Source: Promethearchaeota archaeon
Lineage (GTDB): Archaea; Asgardarchaeota; Lokiarchaeia; Sigyniarchaeales; SOKP01
Assembly (NCBI GenBank): GCA_016840085.1
Contig: JAEOTA010000088.1
Span: forward strand, 32,001 to 96,000
Direction: 5' to 3'
Length of the DNA: 64,000 nucleotides
The translations under genes and the position numbers were made by a program. Each line of letters begins with the position of its first letter. The stretch's first letter is position 1. A model generated the notes under the pieces. The model saw nothing but the letters and a program-made list of their open reading frames with translations, did no database searches and had not been told where the DNA came from. Positions 50,073-59,432 of the stretch are shown here, in pieces.

Positions 50073-51074
50073 CTAGTTTGTAAAATTTATTAATAGATTA
50101 TAGATTTCCTGTTTCTCAATTTCATTTAATTTTCTTGGATAGTTATAAATAGGCCCTGATGGCTTTGAAGTGTAATATGGGCGATTACATCCAGGACATC
50201 CTGATGTTAAGAAAGCATCAGTATCATGTAAAATGTTTTTTAAATCTCCTTTACTGATATTAATATTTACAATATTATTCTTCATATTAAAAGTAAAATT
50301 TTTCAAATCTTTATCCATATTTATAATAACATATCTACCTAACTGCAATTTTCTAAAACTCAATAGGTTTGGTTGATTCAAGTTTTCACATCTTGTACCT
50401 TTTATTGGAGTAAAAGCAAAAAGAGCCACTGTTATCTTTAAATTGTATAGTTTTTCAATGAGTTGCATTACATCTCCTTCAGTTTCTCCTAATCCTATGA
50501 TAATATGTGTACTTACAGCCCCTTCTCCAAAAATTTCTAATGCTTCTTTCAATTTTTGAAAATGTTTATCCCATGTATAAGGACCCTCAACTTTAATCCC
50601 TTTAATTTTATCAAAAATCTCTGGTGTTGCTCCATCCAAAGCAATACCCACTCTCTGAACACCTTTACGTTTTAACTCACGCAATTTTTCTATTGACATA
50701 GGAGGGATAGCAATAGATATGGGCGTATTAGAATTAGTTTTAATTTGAGCAACAATATTTATTAAATCATTAAAATTTTCAGAATAGTTTAAAGTTTGAA
50801 TGCAAATTCTTCTGAATCTTCTTGAAGGAGGTAAATATTTTAATTTTGTCAAAAAATCCTTGAATGAAAAAACAGGCCAATTAATCCGAGAAAGTTTTTC
50901 CCTCGAGCTTTTCGAGCTTCTTGCTTGTGGGCAAAAACCGCAATTTGCCAAACAATGACCCTCTTTAAAAGTCATAATATAGCAAGTTGTTGGATCATCT
51001 TTGAATTTTCTTTTTGATTCTAATCCTAAAACAGAAGCACTTCCTACAGATACCCTTATTTTTTCAATAGCCAT
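50073..51074 (-). CDS. lipS2: Radical SAM lipoyl synthase subunit, LipS2-like
   Basis: CLANCGFC and a C-terminal TSGCPGCNRP motif. Confidence 0.8.
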   Translation of the reverse strand: MAIEKIRVSVGSASVLGLESKRKFKDDPTTCYIMTFKEGHCLANCGFCPQARSSKSSREKLSRINWPVFSFKDFLTKLKYLPPSRRFRRICIQTLNYSENFNDLINIVAQIKTNSNTPISIAIPPMSIEKLRELKRKGVQRVGIALDGATPEIFDKIKGIKVEGPYTWDKHFQKLKEALEIFGEGAVSTHIIIGLGETEGDVMQLIEKLYNLKITVALFAFTPIKGTRCENLNQPNLLSFRKLQLGRYVIINMDKDLKNFTFNMKNNIVNINISKGDLKNILHDTDAFLTSGCPGCNRPYYTSKPSGPIYNYPRKLNEIEKQEIYNLLINFTN

Positions 51075-51273
51075 TGATCTCTCTAGTAAATTAGTAATAT
51101 TAAGTTTTATTCCTTCAAATTATAATTTTATCTTGTTGTAATAATAATTGCTTTCTTAAGAAATATCAGAATTTACAGAATATATTTCTCTACATAAATA
51201 ATTTATTGAATCAATAATTAAGATATTAAATATAATGCATATCCCCGAATTTTAAAAAAAGTGGTAAAGAATT

Positions 51274-54063
51274 ATGGTTCAATATGATGCGCAAAAAATA
51301 GAAAAAAAATGGCAGCAAAGGTGGGAAAAAGACAAAATTTTTGAAGTAAAGGAGGATCCTAAGAAAAAAAAATATTATGTGTTAGAGATGTATCCATACC
51401 CTTCAGGAAAACTTCATATGGGACACCTTAGAAATTATACAATCGGGGATTGCTATACTAGATTTAAAAGGATGAATGGTTTCAATGTTCTTTATCCAAT
51501 GGGCTACGATTCGTTTGGAATGCCAGCAGAAAATGCAGCAATTGATCATGGGGCTAATCCAGAAGAATGGACAAATAAAAATATAGAAAAAATGAAAAAA
51601 CAGCAAAAAAGGATCGGACTCTCGTATGATTGGACAAGAGAAATTTATAGTCATAATCCTAACTATTATAAATGGGATCAATGGTTTTTTTTAAAGATGT
51701 TAGAAAAGGATTTAGCATATAGACAAGAAAACTATGTCAATTGGTGCCCAAAGTGCGCTACAGTTTTAGCCAACGAGCAATCCCAAGGGGGTAGATGTTG
51801 GAGATGCAATAGTATCGTTGATCAAAAGTTTTTAACACAATGGTTCCTAAAAATAAGAGATTACGCAGAGGAACTACTTGAAGGGTTAAATATCGTTGAT
51901 TGGCCTGAAAAAGTGAAGATAATGCAACGAAATTGGATTGGAAAATCAGAAGGAACAATCATAAAATTCCCTATTGTGGGAGAAGATCGGACTATTGATA
52001 TATTTACAACAAGACCAGACACGCTTTTTGGCGTGACATTTATGGTTTTTGCCCCAGAACATCCTTGGGTTCGTAAATGGGTGGAACAAACTGAATATGA
52101 GAAGAATTTCAAAGAATTATATGATGAAGTAATGCATCAAGATAAATTCACACGGACTGATATTGAAATAGAAAAAAAAGGTATGTTTATTGGAAAATAT
52201 GCTATAAATCCAATAAATAATGAGGAAGTACCCATCTATATTGGTAATTTCGTCATTTATGAATATGGAGCAGGTGCAGTAATGGCGGTTCCAGCACATG
52301 ATCAGAGAGATTTTGAGTTTGCTAAAGAATATGATATTCCCATTAAAATAGTAATCCAACCTCATAATTATGAATTAAATTTAGCTAATATGACGAGAGC
52401 CTTTGAGAGTGAGGGCATTCTTATAAACTCAGAGGAATTTAATGGGATGGGAAATCGTTCTGCTATATCTGCAATAACAGAAAAATTGGAAGAAATTAAT
52501 ATGGGATTTGCTACAATAAATTATAAATTAAGAGATTGGGGTATTTCACGTCAACGTTATTGGGGGTGTCCTATTCCAGTTATTTATTGTGAGGTGTGTG
52601 GTATAGTTCCGGTCCCATACGAAGACTTACCTGTTTTTTTACCTAAAGATGTTTCTTTTACAGGAGCGGGTAATCCATTAGAAACAAGTCTCAGTTTTAT
52701 TAATACTAAATGTCCTAAATGTGGTAAAAATGCGAGAAGGGAGATAGATACTATGGATACGTTTATAGATAGCTCTTGGTACTTTTTCGCTTTTTGTGAT
52801 CCACCTTCTGTTGAATCAGATATTCCCTATAATAAGAATGTTGTAAATTATTGGGGTAATGTCAATCAATATATAGGAGGCATAGAACATGCTGTTATGC
52901 ACTTAATATATGCAAGATTTTTCACTAAGGTTGCTCGAGATCTGGGGCTTCACAAATTTGATGAACCTTTTCAATCTTTACTAACCCAAGGAATGATTAA
53001 TAAAGCTCATCCATATTGCCCTAATTGTAATGCATTCTTTATGAAAGCTGATTTAAAAGAAATGAAATGTAAAATATGTGGGAATATTGACCTTATTCAA
53101 AAATCTGTTAAAATGAGTAAGAGTTATGGAAATACTGTAGACCCTGGTAAGATTATTGGTAAATATGGAGCAGATGCAGCAAGATTTTTTATTTTATTTG
53201 GAGCAAGTCCATCATCAGGATTAGAATGGTCGGATGAGGGTGTTGATTATGCTTATAGATTTATAAAAAATACATTTAGTCTTTTAACTGAATTTCCTAA
53301 TAATGTAAGACAAGAACTAACAATCAGAGATTCGTTAATTAAATACTATTTGAATAAAACAATAAAAGAATTCACAGAAAATATGCAGAAACTAGCAATT
53401 AGAAATGCAGTTAATAATTTAATACAATTTATAACAGAATTTGGCAAATATAAAAACGAAGGTGTGAAAAGAGAAATTTTTGAAGAATGTAGAGAAAATC
53501 TAGTTTTACTACTTCATCCAATAGCACCTCATATGACTGAAGAAATTTGGGAAATTATTGGTAAACAGAAATATGTAAGTCTAACTACCTGGTGTTCTTA
53601 TAACCAAGAACTTTTAACAGAGGAATCTGACTATAAATGGAACTTAATGAACAATATCTTAGATGATATTAAGAATATAAAAACAATAATGAAGAAAGAT
53701 GATTTAGAATCTCTTTCACTGATTGTTACTGATCCTTGGAAAACGAAATTTTATAACTCGTTAATATCAATTTTAGAAGAAACTAAGAATCAAGGAGAAA
53801 TAATAAAAAAATTAATGCAAAATAACGATTTTAGAAAGTATAGTAAACAAATTAGTAAATTTGTTGTCAGAATATTAAAGAATGTTGGGAAATATCCAAA
53901 ATATTGCCTATCTTCAAATGAAGAATTTCAATTTTTTAATGAAATTAGAACTATTATTGAAAAGAAATACAGATGTAATGTTAAAATTATCTTCGAAAAA
54001 GAATCTACTGAACAAAAAGCATCTCAAGCTCTCCCAGGTAAACCCGCTATAGTTATATCGTAA
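51274..54063 (+). CDS. leuS: Leucyl-tRNA synthetase
   Basis: MYPYPSG.LHMGH, FTTRPDT, VPAHDQRD, GGIEHA..HL.Y.RF, KMSKS. Confidence 0.97.
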   Translation: MVQYDAQKIEKKWQQRWEKDKIFEVKEDPKKKKYYVLEMYPYPSGKLHMGHLRNYTIGDCYTRFKRMNGFNVLYPMGYDSFGMPAENAAIDHGANPEEWTNKNIEKMKKQQKRIGLSYDWTREIYSHNPNYYKWDQWFFLKMLEKDLAYRQENYVNWCPKCATVLANEQSQGGRCWRCNSIVDQKFLTQWFLKIRDYAEELLEGLNIVDWPEKVKIMQRNWIGKSEGTIIKFPIVGEDRTIDIFTTRPDTLFGVTFMVFAPEHPWVRKWVEQTEYEKNFKELYDEVMHQDKFTRTDIEIEKKGMFIGKYAINPINNEEVPIYIGNFVIYEYGAGAVMAVPAHDQRDFEFAKEYDIPIKIVIQPHNYELNLANMTRAFESEGILINSEEFNGMGNRSAISAITEKLEEINMGFATINYKLRDWGISRQRYWGCPIPVIYCEVCGIVPVPYEDLPVFLPKDVSFTGAGNPLETSLSFINTKCPKCGKNARREIDTMDTFIDSSWYFFAFCDPPSVESDIPYNKNVVNYWGNVNQYIGGIEHAVMHLIYARFFTKVARDLGLHKFDEPFQSLLTQGMINKAHPYCPNCNAFFMKADLKEMKCKICGNIDLIQKSVKMSKSYGNTVDPGKIIGKYGADAARFFILFGASPSSGLEWSDEGVDYAYRFIKNTFSLLTEFPNNVRQELTIRDSLIKYYLNKTIKEFTENMQKLAIRNAVNNLIQFITEFGKYKNEGVKREIFEECRENLVLLLHPIAPHMTEEIWEIIGKQKYVSLTTWCSYNQELLTEESDYKWNLMNNILDDIKNIKTIMKKDDLESLSLIVTDPWKTKFYNSLISILEETKNQGEIIKKLMQNNDFRKYSKQISKFVVRILKNVGKYPKYCLSSNEEFQFFNEIRTIIEKKYRCNVKIIFEKESTEQKASQALPGKPAIVIS

Positions 54064-54226
54064 TATATTTATAAATATACGTAATTTTTCTTTGTAATTT
54101 AATAACTTTTAATAGAAATTTATTAACTTAAGATTAAATAAATTATTTTTATACTGAAAATATTAAATCTAATAAAAAAATGGCTTTAATTAAATTCTTA
54201 GAAAAGAATCAAGGAATTTATTAAAA

Positions 54227-55096
54227 ATGACTATATATGAACTTAGTATCATCTCAACTACAGGTTTTCCATATTACAACAAAAATATTAAACCGATACC
54301 TGAAGGTGTAAAAATTTTTCTAAGATTTTTTGATTTTTCTAAAGACAAGTCTACAGTTCATGAACAATTAGATTCAAATTCAAAATTTGATCTTACTGCA
54401 GGTTTAATTTCTGCTTTATATGAATTTGCTTGCAATATAGATAAAAGAATACATGTTTTAGAATTTAAACCTACAAAGACATTTAAAGCTTCAAAAAAAG
54501 TTAAAGAGAAAGCAAAATATCAAGGAGATGTATTGATTACAACACAAACAGAATCTTTTTTGCTCCATAAATCAGTTCAAGAAAAAATAAAGCTTATATA
54601 TAATTATTTTATAAATTCTAAAATTCCTCTTGATTCTTCAGAAGAAATTCAAGAAAATGAACAAAATAAAATAATTGAAATTTTAACTGATTCAAAAGCA
54701 AGAAGTATGATAAAAGATCATCAAAATGAATTAAAACGCTTAGCAAATGATTTTCTGAGTGAGATGAAAGATTATGGTTTACGGGGAATTTGCATAACTT
54801 CATTTGACCTTTCACCCATAATTACGTTTGGAAAAAAATATTCCTTGAAGCATATTAATGAGATTTTAAGACATATTGGATATATTCCAGAAATAACACC
54901 TTTAGATTGGATTTATAGATCATCATTTTTTTCTGAAGAACAAATTCAGGTATGCATTATAAAATCAGGAGTCGGACCCACTGTTAAGGAAATTTTATTC
55001 GAGCCATATTTTTACTTACTTTTTGCCGATCCCCAAAGCATCTTTGGAGAATTCCCGGGAAAAATAACAACTTCATTTAATAATATTCTTGATTGA
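54227..55096 (+). CDS. Hypothetical protein, longin/roadblock-like
   Basis: IYELSIISTTGFP and DLTAGLISALYEF patterns resemble longin-fold proteins. Confidence 0.55.
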   Translation: MTIYELSIISTTGFPYYNKNIKPIPEGVKIFLRFFDFSKDKSTVHEQLDSNSKFDLTAGLISALYEFACNIDKRIHVLEFKPTKTFKASKKVKEKAKYQGDVLITTQTESFLLHKSVQEKIKLIYNYFINSKIPLDSSEEIQENEQNKIIEILTDSKARSMIKDHQNELKRLANDFLSEMKDYGLRGICITSFDLSPIITFGKKYSLKHINEILRHIGYIPEITPLDWIYRSSFFSEEQIQVCIIKSGVGPTVKEILFEPYFYLLFADPQSIFGEFPGKITTSFNNILD

Positions 55097-55145
55097 AAAA
55101 ATAAAATCAAATAAATCTTTAAATATTAATTACTCCTCATTTTAG

Positions 55146-55913
55146 TTAATCACTCTTAAATGCAGCCTTTATTATTTGAAAAAAAGAATTTGCATCAAGT
55201 GATGCCCCTCCAACTAAGCCACCATCAATATTTTCTTTTTTAAATAAATCTTTTGCATTTGTTGGTTTGATTGACCCCCCATATTGAATTCTGATTAAAT
55301 TGGCTGTCTCTTTATCATATTTTTGGGATAAAAATTCTCTAATGAAAATGTGAACTTCTTCTGCTTGTTCTGGAGTTGCTGTTTTACCCGTACCTATTGC
55401 CCAAATTGGCTCATATGCGATAACGACCTTTAATATTTGTTCTCTCGTCAAATCTTTAAAAGTTTCATTCATTTGAAATTTAATTATTTGCTGTGTATCA
55501 CCAGCTTCTCTTTCTTCTAAATGTTCTCCAATGCACACAATGGGATTTAAATCCATATATAATGCCTTTTTTAACTTTTTATTAGTTAATCCATCTGATT
55601 CATTAAATATATTTCTTCTTTCACTATGACCAAGAATCACATATTCAACACCTATAGTTTTTAAAAAATTTGGTGAAATTTCACCAGTAAACGCACCCTT
55701 CTCTTCAAAATACATGTTTTGAGCACCTAATTTGATATATGTATTTTTTAACATCTCGTATGCACTAGTTAAAGCAGTAAAAGGTGTAGCAATTACTATA
55801 TCGACAGCATTAATTCCTTTTACCAAAGGTATTAACTTTTTTAACATATTTCTGCATTCTTCTGGAGTTCCCCTATTCATTTTCCAATTTCCACCAATTA
55901 TTGGTTTCCTCAA
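55146..55913 (-). CDS. tpiA: Triosephosphate isomerase
   Basis: GNWKMN, GHSERR, AYEPIWAIGTG, YGGS, VGGASL. Confidence 0.97.
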   Translation of the reverse strand: MRKPIIGGNWKMNRGTPEECRNMLKKLIPLVKGINAVDIVIATPFTALTSAYEMLKNTYIKLGAQNMYFEEKGAFTGEISPNFLKTIGVEYVILGHSERRNIFNESDGLTNKKLKKALYMDLNPIVCIGEHLEEREAGDTQQIIKFQMNETFKDLTREQILKVVIAYEPIWAIGTGKTATPEQAEEVHIFIREFLSQKYDKETANLIRIQYGGSIKPTNAKDLFKKENIDGGLVGGASLDANSFFQIIKAAFKSD

Positions 55914-56043
55914 CTTTTCTTACCTCTTAATATGATTTAATCTTTTTATAATATAATTTCGCTATAATAGTTGTAAAGTTTAAATTCTATAAAATTCTAC
56001 CTAAAATTTCTAGAAATAACAAACCAATGAGAGAAAATAAAAA

Positions 56044-56547
56044 TTATTCTTGTTTAGGCAGTTTTTCGGACAATTTAGTTGCTTTTAGAATCTTCTTTAC
56101 ATCATCTACATCAGGAGTCATTATTTCTGGTAAACTCAACTGTGTACGTCTCCTTTTTATGGCAGGTTGCATTGGTATTGCTTTACCATGTTCTAAAATA
56201 GTAGTAGCTTGGCCAGTATAATATGTTGGAGCTTCTCCCCTTTCCACACTCATATTCTTTAAGATAATAAAGATTTCCGTTAATTCAACTTTTTGGGGAC
56301 AAACTTCATCGCATGTATCGCACATTGTACAACCCCAAATATTGAAACTATTTTCAGCACCAAATATTTTTTCTTTAAGTCCTAATAGAGCATCTAGAAT
56401 CAAACGCCTTGGGTTATACCTACCTTCTGTAACTTGTGCGACTGGACACGCACCACTACAAGTAGCACATTGATAACAATATGCTAATGTAGTGCCAATT
56501 TCATTACCAAGAATTTGGTTTCTAAAATCAAAATCTATAGTTGCCAT
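56044..56547 (-). CDS. hdrC: Heterodisulfide reductase subunit C-like 2x[4Fe-4S] protein
   Basis: CYQCATCSGACP and W.CTMCDTCDEVCPQ. Confidence 0.85.
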   Translation of the reverse strand: MATIDFDFRNQILGNEIGTTLAYCYQCATCSGACPVAQVTEGRYNPRRLILDALLGLKEKIFGAENSFNIWGCTMCDTCDEVCPQKVELTEIFIILKNMSVERGEAPTYYTGQATTILEHGKAIPMQPAIKRRRTQLSLPEIMTPDVDDVKKILKATKLSEKLPKQE

Positions 56548-56788
56548 TTGAATTGATCAGTTTATCTTAATATTATGTAATATAACTTATAGTCGGTTTT
56601 AAAATTAATTCTTTTAAAATTTAGTTTTTTAACCAGAAAAATATCTATTAGTTTTTTATGTTTTGACAATCATTATTTAAGTCTTCTTTTTAAATTGTAA
56701 TTGAAATTAATATAAGTAATTAAATATTTAATCTTATAACTATATAACAAAATTATTTTAATGGCAAATATTATTAAATTGAGATAGA

Positions 56789-57145
56789 ATGACAAATATC
56801 GAAGAATTAAAAGAGTATGGTCTTGAAATCACAGAAGATATGAAAAAAGGAAAGGTTATCATCGATATTTATACAAATTGGTGTGGACCCTGCCAATTTT
56901 TAAGCCCTCTCTTAGAAAAATTGGAACGTGAAGGATTGATTAAATTGTTGAAAGAGGACCTAGATCAAAATAGACCCCTTGGTGAAAGATTTGGAATTAC
57001 AGCCATTCCAACTACTCTACTTTTCAATAATGGTGAACTCTTAAATCATCCTATAGAAGTTCAGGGACAAATACTAGTAAAAAACGGACTAATGGTTGGA
57101 GCAGCAGGAGAACAAATAATTCGTGAAATCATTGAAAAAATGTAA
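56789..57145 (+). CDS. trxA: Thioredoxin family protein
   Basis: WCGPC and IPT cis-Pro motif. Confidence 0.9.
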   Translation: MTNIEELKEYGLEITEDMKKGKVIIDIYTNWCGPCQFLSPLLEKLEREGLIKLLKEDLDQNRPLGERFGITAIPTTLLFNNGELLNHPIEVQGQILVKNGLMVGAAGEQIIREIIEKM

Positions 57146-57388
57146 TTGGATTAAAATTAAATTGTTTTCACAGGAAATTTTCATTTTTCCTTTTTTATAT
57201 AAACATTTACTAAAACAGAATTAGTATTCGAATAATATAGATTAAAAATTTCAATGATCGAGTAAGATAATATGTTTTCTTAATAATCAATTACTATGTG
57301 TTAATAAGAATTCATACAAATAATCTATTATTCAAATTATAAATTTTTTATTTAATGAAAGTTTTTCAATATTTAATTTGATAAAAGA

Positions 57389-57916
57389 TTGGAAAATAGC
57401 AATATGAATTATTCAAGAAAAGAATTAATACAAACAGACGCAACTATGAATCAAATGAGAAATGCAATTTATGGCTTAGCTCGTTTTATGGAGAAAAACG
57501 GAGTCACTGATTTGAAGAATAAATTGAGGAAGATGGGACAAAATATAGCTAGAACTTATATTCAATACTGGAGACCAACAAATTTAATTAATACTTCTAA
57601 TTTAAAAGATGTTATTACAACAATTTATCAAAAAATATTGAATAGTAGTGTGTCAATTGAAATAAATCAAGTAGAAAGTTTAATAAAAGTTCAAGATTAT
57701 AAATGTGCTTTGTGCAAATATCATTATGATGATATAGAGATAGCAGGTTGTGAAATAATATTAGGTATGGTTTCTGAAATCATTTCTCTTATAAGTCAAG
57801 AATCTCATGATCCTTCTTCTATATTTTTAGAGCCCTATGATGTAACAGAATCTCGAGCATATGGAAATAAAACATGTATTCAATTATATAAATATAAAAT
57901 AGGAGAGAAAGGTTAG
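57389..57916 (+). CDS. V4R/TRAPP(Bet3)-like domain protein
   Basis: L..MG..IA helix, CALC, C....G.., ES...G...C pattern. Confidence 0.6.
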   Translation: MENSNMNYSRKELIQTDATMNQMRNAIYGLARFMEKNGVTDLKNKLRKMGQNIARTYIQYWRPTNLINTSNLKDVITTIYQKILNSSVSIEINQVESLIKVQDYKCALCKYHYDDIEIAGCEIILGMVSEIISLISQESHDPSSIFLEPYDVTESRAYGNKTCIQLYKYKIGEKG

Positions 57917-57918
57917 AA

Positions 57919-59391
57919 ATGGGGGCTTTTCAGTGGTTAATGAAAAAGATAACGAAAGTATTTGGTCGTTCTACAAATGCTCTATTTTATACCTTACTTT
58001 ATAGAGAAATTCTTAAGGAAATTAATGAGGTCACTAAGAAAGAAGAAGACAGCCTTATAATTCTTAGAGAACTTGGAAAGAGAGCAGCTATTGAGTCTTG
58101 TGAGCGACATTCAAGTATTTTTAAATTTATGCCAGGATCTCCTAAAAAAGTTTTAGATTATTTCGAGATTCTTTGGGTTGTCGTGTTTGGAAGAGATTTA
58201 GATGATTATTCATATGAAGAAATTCCTAAAGTAGACTCAAAATATAATGATTATGTTTTAAAAATCAGTAAATGTCCTATCTGCGCGGGCTATGGGAAAG
58301 ATATTGAAGATTCATTTGATTTTAATAAATTGAAAAGTAAAGAAACAGAAGGGCTAGCTTGTGGACTTTGCGGAATGTTAGAAAGTGTTGCTAATTTTAT
58401 CTTAAAAATAAAAAGGAATAATTATAGAATTCAAATAGTTGAGCAAGAATGTATAGCTAAAGGAGGAAATTCCTTACAATTTATCTGCAAAATACATGAT
58501 ATAAATGAATGGAAACAACTTATGGCTTCAAGAGTTGAAGAAAAGGCTATATTAAGTGTGCATTTTGAAGAAGATTTAGAAGAAGAGGAGATTATTCAAG
58601 AAACAAAGATTGATGTTATAGATAAAATCCAAGATGTTATCTCAATCGATAAACTAGAGGAATATCTTGATGAACCATTAGAAAGTATAAAAAATAGAGT
58701 TTCTGATATTATTAGAGATAAATTAAATATGGAGCCTAAAAATTTCTTCGACTACTTCCGTAATTATGAGGATGATATGATAAAAATAATTGGATATTTA
58801 GGCACACATCTTTTAAATGAATATGGAGGATTATTGGAGAAATCTCTTAAAAATGAGTGGTTTGCAAAAGTTTTAGGATATATTTTTAAACAACTTAAAG
58901 AAATGACGCTATTATTTATTCCATTAGACGTTATACGTGATTATAATGAATTATTGGTCAGTTTTCTTGATGATTTAGCTCCCTCAGAAATGGTTGATAA
59001 TGTAAAACAATTTACAAGCAAAGATACAATTAATTATCTCTTTGAGGGTGCTCAAATGGCTCTTGAAAATTTAGGGATTGATTTTTCCGAACTTAAGGAT
59101 AATGTATGGGAGGAATTAAAAGCGGAACGTGAGAACGGCTTAATTTCTTCAGAAACATCAACAATTGAAAGGACACGTGACAGAGTACCACAAATAATCA
59201 ATATAATGCAACAAATTTTAATGATAATGAATGATATCCTCACTTTGCCAATTAGAGTCTTAATATCAGAAAGCCATTACGGATTAAAAACAGCAATTAA
59301 TTCTGTGGTCTCGGAAGAAGAAGGGTTATATGGCTCAATACGTGGGAAACTTGATAACATATTTGACCAGATTCAAGAAATAAGAAAATAA
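57919..59391 (+). CDS. V4R-domain protein with a helical C-terminal region
   Basis: L..LG..AA, CPIC, C.L.G.LE, E.ECIAKG...F. Confidence 0.65.
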   Translation: MGAFQWLMKKITKVFGRSTNALFYTLLYREILKEINEVTKKEEDSLIILRELGKRAAIESCERHSSIFKFMPGSPKKVLDYFEILWVVVFGRDLDDYSYEEIPKVDSKYNDYVLKISKCPICAGYGKDIEDSFDFNKLKSKETEGLACGLCGMLESVANFILKIKRNNYRIQIVEQECIAKGGNSLQFICKIHDINEWKQLMASRVEEKAILSVHFEEDLEEEEIIQETKIDVIDKIQDVISIDKLEEYLDEPLESIKNRVSDIIRDKLNMEPKNFFDYFRNYEDDMIKIIGYLGTHLLNEYGGLLEKSLKNEWFAKVLGYIFKQLKEMTLLFIPLDVIRDYNELLVSFLDDLAPSEMVDNVKQFTSKDTINYLFEGAQMALENLGIDFSELKDNVWEELKAERENGLISSETSTIERTRDRVPQIINIMQQILMIMNDILTLPIRVLISESHYGLKTAINSVVSEEEGLYGSIRGKLDNIFDQIQEIRK

Positions 59392-59432
59392 TGCGTAGAG
59401 ATTCAAATAAAACTCTTTCTTACGTTAATAAT

